Shown here one piece after another: positions 61,360 through 64,000 of a DNA stretch of 64,000 nucleotides. How positions within the stretch are numbered: the first letter of the stretch is position 1; each line of letters opens with the position of its first letter. The stretch is from a virus. Taxonomy: Duplodnaviria; Heunggongvirae; Uroviricota; Caudoviricetes. The translations under genes and the position numbers were made by a program. The stretch lies in the IMG/VR virus record IMGVR_UViG_3300027744_000008; one strand, given 5' to 3'. The notes under the pieces were generated by a model. The model ran no database searches. It worked only from the letters and a program-made list of their open reading frames with translations, and was not told the DNA's origin.

Positions 61360-62153
61360 CCAGCTCAATTAACACAGATAATATTGATCCAGAATTTCCA
61401 GTTGCTGGACAGGATAACAACAGCCAAGGATTTAGGGATAACTTTCTTTACATAAAAGAAGGACTAGAATCTGCTGCTGCCGACATTACAAATTTGCAGG
61501 TTAACGGTGCAAGGCTTGATGATGATAATAATTTTCAAAGTAATTTAATCACTAACGCAACCACTGTTGAAGTGTACGGATTAGTTTATTCTGCTAGTGA
61601 AGGAAGTCCAGCTGGCGATGCAGATATTAATTTGTTAGTTGGATCTCTACAGTTCCTATACGTTAATAGCGAAAACTTAACTATAACATTTAGAGATTGG
61701 CCAGATACTGATCGATATGCATCTGTTAGGGTTCATATGATCGGTGATTCAACATCAACTAAAACAGTAACTTTAGAAACAGAAAATTCTGGATTAATAA
61801 AGTTTGCTAAAGGTCTTACTAACGGATTAACATTAATATACGATGTTAGTAAAACTGTTGTAGGAACATATTCATCAGGATCACCGCAAATAGTAGTAGA
61901 CAATGTTTCAGATCTAGAAATTGGGTTTAATGTAACTGCACAGCCTGGTATAATTTCAGCTGGGACAACCATTGAAGCTATTGATTCTACTACCAATGTT
62001 GTTACATTTAATAATGCTCTTGTAGGCGCATTAATCAATGATGCTACTATAGAATTTACTAGTGCTGTAATTAAATCTAAAGTAATTGAGGCGTGGACTT
62101 ATGACGGTGGTGTCACAGTCTATATCAATTATGTAGGAGAATTCGAACTATGA
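61356..62153 (+). CDS. structural protein (baseplate/tail associated, hypothetical)
   Basis: IDPEFPVAGQDNNSQGFRDNF N-terminus with coiled coil; GTGA overlap with the upstream gene. Confidence 0.65.
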   Translation: MTSSINTDNIDPEFPVAGQDNNSQGFRDNFLYIKEGLESAAADITNLQVNGARLDDDNNFQSNLITNATTVEVYGLVYSASEGSPAGDADINLLVGSLQFLYVNSENLTITFRDWPDTDRYASVRVHMIGDSTSTKTVTLETENSGLIKFAKGLTNGLTLIYDVSKTVVGTYSSGSPQIVVDNVSDLEIGFNVTAQPGIISAGTTIEAIDSTTNVVTFNNALVGALINDATIEFTSAVIKSKVIEAWTYDGGVTVYINYVGEFEL

Positions 62154-62383
62154 TGCATCCGTTGACTGAAGATTTTAATGAATTGAAAGATGTAGAAATT
62201 GAGTCTCGTATCCAAGATTTATCTAAAAAATATTTTATGAGTCAAAATCCGTCAATACAGAGACAGATTGGCATGTTTCTAGATATGTATAAAGCTGAAC
62301 TACATCATCGTCGTGCAGTTGCTTGGCAAAAAGACTATCAAAAACGTAATAAATCTCTTGACGACTTGATTAAAGTAAGTTAA
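62150..62383 (+). CDS. hypothetical protein
   Basis: ATGA overlap; helical 77 aa. Confidence 0.75.
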   Translation: MMHPLTEDFNELKDVEIESRIQDLSKKYFMSQNPSIQRQIGMFLDMYKAELHHRRAVAWQKDYQKRNKSLDDLIKVS

Positions 62384-62386
62384 AAT
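62358..62386 (+). promoter_or_regulatory. sigma70-type promoter (leaderless) for the DnaE-like fragment
   Basis: TTGACG (62358-63), 17 nt, TAAAAT (62381-86). Predicted +1 is the ATG at 62393. Confidence 0.75.
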
Positions 62387-62392
62387 AGCAGG

Positions 62393-62902
62393 ATGAACCC
62401 TGACAAATATAGTAATCCCGTTTTTACAGAAGAAGATATTTTTGAATTGTTGTATCAAGGACAATTCCAAAAGTTAGACCAATTGTTTGTAGAAGACTCA
62501 AAAGAAATTCAAAAACTAGAACTTGAATCTAATATTTCATTTAAAAAGCCCTCAAAAGATTTTTATAATTTAGATGTAGAAGATTTTGATCAAATTCTAC
62601 AATCAGATTGGTTTATGCCCGAAGAATATAAAACTTTTGACATTGAGGCTTATTGTATTGCTCAATGCGACTCTATTGAACAACAAACTAGAATATTTGA
62701 AGAATTTGAAGAATACAAAAAGCGTAATATGTTAAACCTATTGCGGTGGCTTAAATATTTTGTAGATACCTGCAGATCTAACAGTATTGTTTGGGGAGTA
62801 GGCAGAGGATCAAGCGTGGCCAGCTATGTGCTCTTTATTATTGGTGTTCATAAGATCAACAGCATTAGATATAATCTAGACTGGCATGAATTTTTAAGAT
62901 AA
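62393..62902 (+). CDS. stand-alone fragment of DNA polymerase III alpha (DnaE) palm region
   Basis: RIFEEFEEY...YFVDTCRSNSIVWGVGRGSSVASYVLFIIGVHKINSIRYNLDWHEFLR* aligns with the DnaE G.GRGS.A.S.V.Y.LGI..IDP..Y.L.FERFL segment. Confidence 0.75.
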   Translation: MNPDKYSNPVFTEEDIFELLYQGQFQKLDQLFVEDSKEIQKLELESNISFKKPSKDFYNLDVEDFDQILQSDWFMPEEYKTFDIEAYCIAQCDSIEQQTRIFEEFEEYKKRNMLNLLRWLKYFVDTCRSNSIVWGVGRGSSVASYVLFIIGVHKINSIRYNLDWHEFLR

Positions 62903-62926
62903 GTAATATATCGTAAGGAGAAAATT

Positions 62927-63187
62927 ATGGCAATGAAAGAACAACAAAGATCTGTATATAAAACAATGCAAGGTCGAGAAATCGACATGCACAAGTTAAG
63001 TATGCAACACGAGATGACCGTGGCAGTTGGCAATGCTAGGGTTAACGCTAGAGGTGACGAACTCGGCCCAGGCGGTAAAATTATTCGTAAACGAGAAGAT
63101 GTATTTGAAGAATTTTATCAAGGCCACGCAGACGCTGCACCAGACGAAGTAGTAATTAGAAAAAAATCACAAAGATCTAAGGAATAA
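62927..63187 (+). CDS. hypothetical protein
   Basis: AAGGAG SD; ATAAGTA motif upstream (62899-905). Confidence 0.8.
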   Translation: MAMKEQQRSVYKTMQGREIDMHKLSMQHEMTVAVGNARVNARGDELGPGGKIIRKREDVFEEFYQGHADAAPDEVVIRKKSQRSKE

Positions 63188-63188
63188 G

Positions 63189-63587
63189 ATGAATGTTGTT
63201 AAAGGTAAAATAATCCCGATTAATGATAATGTCCTAGTCAGTGACATGCATTTTGACGAAATCAAAACAGCAACAGGTATTATTATCCGCAGTGATGATG
63301 GCAAAAGTGAAGGTATCAAACCGCGTTGGGCAAAAGTTTGGGCAGTTGGACCAAACCAAACTGATGTTAAAGTTGGTGAATGGATACTAGTAGAACACGG
63401 GCGTTGGACCAGGGGGATTACCATTGAAGACCAAACCGGTAACGAAATTGTTATACGCAGAGTTGAAATAAAATCCATCATGATGTCCGCTGACGAAAAA
63501 CCAACTGATTTTTATCAAGGCAGCATGTCTAGTTCACAAAAAGAACATACATTTAAACCAGAGATGTTTGCTGGGCCTCAATTTTAA
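63189..63587 (+). CDS. groES: co-chaperonin GroES-like protein
   Basis: IIPINDNVLV...TATGIII...AKVWAVGP...VKVGEWILV...I..V....IM. Confidence 0.85.
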   Translation: MNVVKGKIIPINDNVLVSDMHFDEIKTATGIIIRSDDGKSEGIKPRWAKVWAVGPNQTDVKVGEWILVEHGRWTRGITIEDQTGNEIVIRRVEIKSIMMSADEKPTDFYQGSMSSSQKEHTFKPEMFAGPQF

Positions 63588-63603
63588 CTTCATTTTGAAC
63601 ATC

Positions 63604-63630
63604 GGGGCTCTTGACGAGCCCTATTTTTTT
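63604..63630 (+). terminator. intrinsic terminator after groES
   Basis: GGGGCTC-TTGAC-GAGCCCT followed by A and a 7-T tract. Confidence 0.85.
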
Positions 63631-63639
63631 GTGTATAAT
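63611..63639 (+). promoter_or_regulatory. sigma70 promoter nested in the terminator (leaderless)
   Basis: TTGACG (63611-16), 17 nt, TATAAT (63634-39). Predicted +1 is the ATG at 63646. Confidence 0.78.
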
Positions 63640-63645
63640 AATAGT

Positions 63646-64000
63646 ATGAGCTATATTACTAAAACTGGTAGACTGTTACCTGCACATAAAATGCTAGATT
63701 CTCAAGGTCTGACTTCAGAATATGCTACGCCTGATACCGAAGATTTATTTTTAAAGAATTTAAAAATACAACCTGCAAACTGGCACTATAAAACAAACAA
63801 AGTAAACTACAGAGTAAACTCTGATGGTTATAGAACTAAAGAATTCGACTCAATCGATTGGGCAAATTCAGTTGTTATATTTGGTTGCTCAGAAGTGTTT
63901 GGTACAGGAGTAGATGAGTCTCACACAGTTGCAAGTTTTTTATCCGATTTAATTAAACTTCCTGTAATTAATTTAGGAGTATCCGGGTCATCAATTATGT
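63646..64000 (+). CDS. 5' part of an SGNH-like protein (runs off window; not in ORF track)
   Basis: MSYITKTG...YRVNSDGYRTKEF...VVIFGCSEVFG...VINLGVSGSSIM, open to the window end. Confidence 0.7.
   Translation, partial: MSYITKTGRLLPAHKMLDSQGLTSEYATPDTEDLFLKNLKIQPANWHYKTNKVNYRVNSDGYRTKEFDSIDWANSVVIFGCSEVFGTGVDESHTVASFLSDLIKLPVINLGVSGSSIM

Noticed and set aside
62393-62930. Frameshifted or intein-split dnaE pseudogene
   Set aside because: No PDxD continuation in any frame after the stop and no intein C/N-terminal motifs. The ORF has its own promoter, and the next gene has its own SD.
453-63481. Many short antisense or alternate-frame ORFs in the track (e.g. 453..686, 1069..1275, 1777..2088, 5427..5621, 12366..12743, 20442..20870, 33499..33819, 45653..46645, 48693..49106, 63167..63481)
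   Set aside because: They lie fully inside well-supported genes on the opposite strand or in another frame, lack SD/promoter signals and show no recognisable motifs, so they are shadow ORFs.
1-64000. tRNA genes, CRISPR arrays, integrase/transposase, stop-codon reassignment
   Set aside because: Intergenic gaps are short and contain no cloverleaf or spaced repeats that I could see. No recombinase motifs were found. Long ORFs are intact under the standard code, and both TAG and TGA terminate genes.

Overview
This window is 64 kb of an AT-rich, gene-dense large tailed phage genome (myovirus/jumbo-phage style, standard genetic code). I saw no tRNA, rRNA, CRISPR array or integrase. Five blocks: (1) 1-11 kb, an acyl/lipid biosynthetic cluster with a FabF-type ketosynthase, two different ACPs, FabZ, AcpS, desaturases, a Rieske oxygenase, 2OG-Fe(II)-like enzymes, a PP-loop adenylating enzyme, GNAT-like proteins, a UbiB kinase and three small ABM/Dabb-like proteins. 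(2) 11-19 kb, host-takeover and nucleic-acid genes (AbrB-like, IF-1, metallophosphoesterase, ClpP, DNA ligase, NTP-PPase). (3) 19-31.5 kb, a convergent glycan/amino-sugar tailoring cluster (SGNH-like x2, radical SAM, B12-radical SAM, three glycosyltransferase-like paralogs, amidinotransferase, DegT aminotransferase, 2OG oxygenase, nucleotidyltransferase-cupin, epimerase). (4) 31.5-36 kb, QueD behind a preQ1-I-like riboswitch candidate, then UvsE, SOD and ErpA/IscA. (5) 36-64 kb, a tail/baseplate module (3.7 kaa and 2 kaa fibre proteins, with an embedded desaturase), a stand-alone DnaE fragment and GroES. Best leads: the phage-encoded FAS-II/PKS-like acyl-tailoring cluster; the preQ1-like pseudoknot starting right at the predicted queD transcription start; the amidinotransferase/aminotransferase glycan cluster; a DnaE cut just before its catalytic aspartates; and systematic leaderless mRNAs. 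All product calls come from motif recognition by eye, not database searches.
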